Assembly (NCBI GenBank): GCA_038496445.1
Contig: JALMLS010000015.1
Coordinates: forward strand, 558,001-622,000
Length of the DNA: 64,000 nucleotides
DNA from: Trichosphaerium sp. ATCC 40318
Taxonomy: Eukaryota > Protista > Tubulinea
Direction: 5' to 3'
The notes below the pieces were generated by a model. That model was given only the letters and a program-made list of their open reading frames with translations, searched no databases and was not told the DNA's origin. The position numbers and the translations under genes were made by a program. This document shows positions 62,485 to 64,000 of the stretch, one piece after another; within the stretch, counting starts at the first letter, position 1; every line of letters starts with the position of its first letter.

Positions 62485-62669
62485 TCCTTCTGCACACCTT
62501 GAGCAACCCAGCACTTAAATATATTCATTTTCTCGCTTAAATCTTTCCCACAGATTTAGAACGATAGCCAAACGTCACCACAAAATGACAACTAAAGTAC
62601 TTATTTAAATTTGGTTTATAATTACAAGACATCAAGTGTCAAAAAGAGTAAGAAAACATTTGGCAACTC

Positions 62670-63612
62670 TCAGTGCCTTCGTTTCTTTTTATAGTTGTAG
62701 CTAGTATCATAATAGTCGTAATTATCATAGTCATCAGAGTAATCATCATACAGCTCGTCATCTTCTTCGATAATATCGTCGGCAGAGTATCGAATATTTG
62801 CTTCCCTACGAACCTCAACTAAGTGGCCGCTATCCCAAAATTTCGTGCATTGCGTGTCAATCGAGTACAATTTTTCTAAAATTTCGTCTTGGTTGCTAAT
62901 CATTCCGTCAGCCAAGAATTGACGCCTGTATACACCCAAAGTAGCTTTAATATCTTTCATTGCTGTAGCGTCCTCGCTCGTCCAGTTGTTAGAACGTCCA
63001 AGCGTTGCTGCGCTTACTTCGTTAACACGTTGATGTAAACGCGACACTTCTTCTAGAAAATACGTGGCGTCAAGACATGACAGGTCCGCAGGCGTGTCTG
63101 CAAAATAACAAATGTTTAGTGAATAAATCAGGCCATTTAGCGTACCTTCTGGTTTTGGTTTGCTTGGGACGTTGAAATAATGCTTTTCATTCCCATGCGT
63201 TACAAATAAAAATTCACCATTACATAGCGGCTAAATTGCGGTTAATGGACTCTGTTCGCTGTATTTAGTGTATTCGTACGCAAGTCAGCTTTGATTGCGC
63301 CCATCGAGAAATGCAGCCAAAACAAAATTTGTGTGAGCATTGTAAATGAGCCACAGACGCAGGCGATATCGCGCCAAGACATATCGCACAAGTATCTGCC
63401 TTTGTTGAATCAACACTTGGCTCTAACACCTGTACTTTGCTAGTAGCGAGCATTGTGGTGAAAAGAGCCACAGCCGAAGGCGCCAAACGACTCTGAAACT
63501 TTTTGCAAATCTGTTGAAGGACTTTTTTTGAATTAGGACACAACAAATCAAAGAAGTGACACCATTCAACGATCGTACCGCTTGATTCGAAAATAACCCT
63601 TTGGACTGCCAT
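62670..63612 (-). CDS. C3HC4 RING finger protein with acidic/Tyr-rich tail (start may be 63453)
   Basis: CAIC..CSHKFCFGCISRW..TC|PLC spliced across an intron; C-terminal DDY-rich stretch and KKKRRH. Confidence 0.8.
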
Positions 63613-63630
63613 ACTTGCGAAGTACGGACA

Positions 63631-64000
63631 ATGGAGCTACAAGGGGGCGAAATAGGCCCAGGGACTGAAGTACGCGTACTAGATGAGCGCTAGCTCATTG
63701 TTATTAAGGTTTGGGTAACAGCTGGTAATAAAAATGTTTTGTACCTGCGAGGAACAGTAAATACACTAGCCGATGGAAAAGCGCTTGTTTCAGTACCTTC
63801 CGATGATGGTGAAGAGGTACTAGCTTGGGCCAACTGTTTGCTGATAAATAATTGCAGGAAGTTGAAGTTGATGTAAAAGATATGTGGATGGCAAACCCAC
63901 GCATGCTGGAAGGTATTAATGACCTTACACATCTATCCTTATTGGTACGGTTTAGCTTTTTTTGCCTGTTTGGTAGCGTACTACTTTGCCGCGCATACCA
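63631..64000 (+). CDS. Myosin heavy chain, first exons (runs off window end)
   Basis: MELQGGEIGPGTE|VWV..|..MANPRMLEGINDLTHLSLL: N-terminal SH3-like region plus the NP..EG..DLT.LS.L start of the myosin motor. Confidence 0.8.

Noticed and set aside
63612-63631. RING and myosin start codons only 18 bp apart head-to-head
   Set aside because: The RING gene more plausibly starts at the Met at 63453, giving an ordinary ~180-bp divergent spacer. It cannot be resolved without transcripts.
1-64000. Fragmented ORFs suggesting a reassigned stop codon or mass pseudogenisation
   Set aside because: Short spliceosomal introns restore conserved proteins under the standard code; TAA, TAG and TGA all end genes.
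1-64000. tRNA/rRNA genes, U12-type introns, intact viral core genes
   Set aside because: None recognised by inspection. tRNAscan/Infernal and a junction census would be needed to exclude them.

Overview
AT-rich (about 35% GC by eye), gene-dense eukaryotic DNA with short introns (mostly 40-150 nt; donors commonly GTACGT/GTAAG), so the ORF track is fragmented. An ABP-120/filamin-type actin-binding domain and the general gene content point to an amoebozoan protist (inference). I reconstructed about 27 genes by hand. They include filamin/ABP-120, a dermatopontin-like protein, a beta-propeller protein, NECAB, cofilin, an M24 peptidase, importin-9, a LIM protein, COG6, a syntaxin, two 2OG-Fe(II) oxygenases, an LRR protein, HGSNAT, SIN-type Cdc14, a RING protein and the start of a myosin. 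Most notable: (1) 18-37 kb holds five paralogous type-I surface-protein genes arranged divergently around an atypical minimal PI3K-like kinase, with patchwork near-identical tracts and a distant inverted, internally deleted copy at 1.1-1.9 kb; (2) a 1158-bp TIR element with TA duplication sits in an intron of one paralog; (3) many larger intergenic gaps hold intronless F-box-LRR or F-box-MORN genes or their decayed relics; (4) CACGTG is strongly over-represented; (5) GC-AG introns recur, mostly with GCACGT donors. Exon boundaries and family assignments come from manual translation and motif recall, not database searches.
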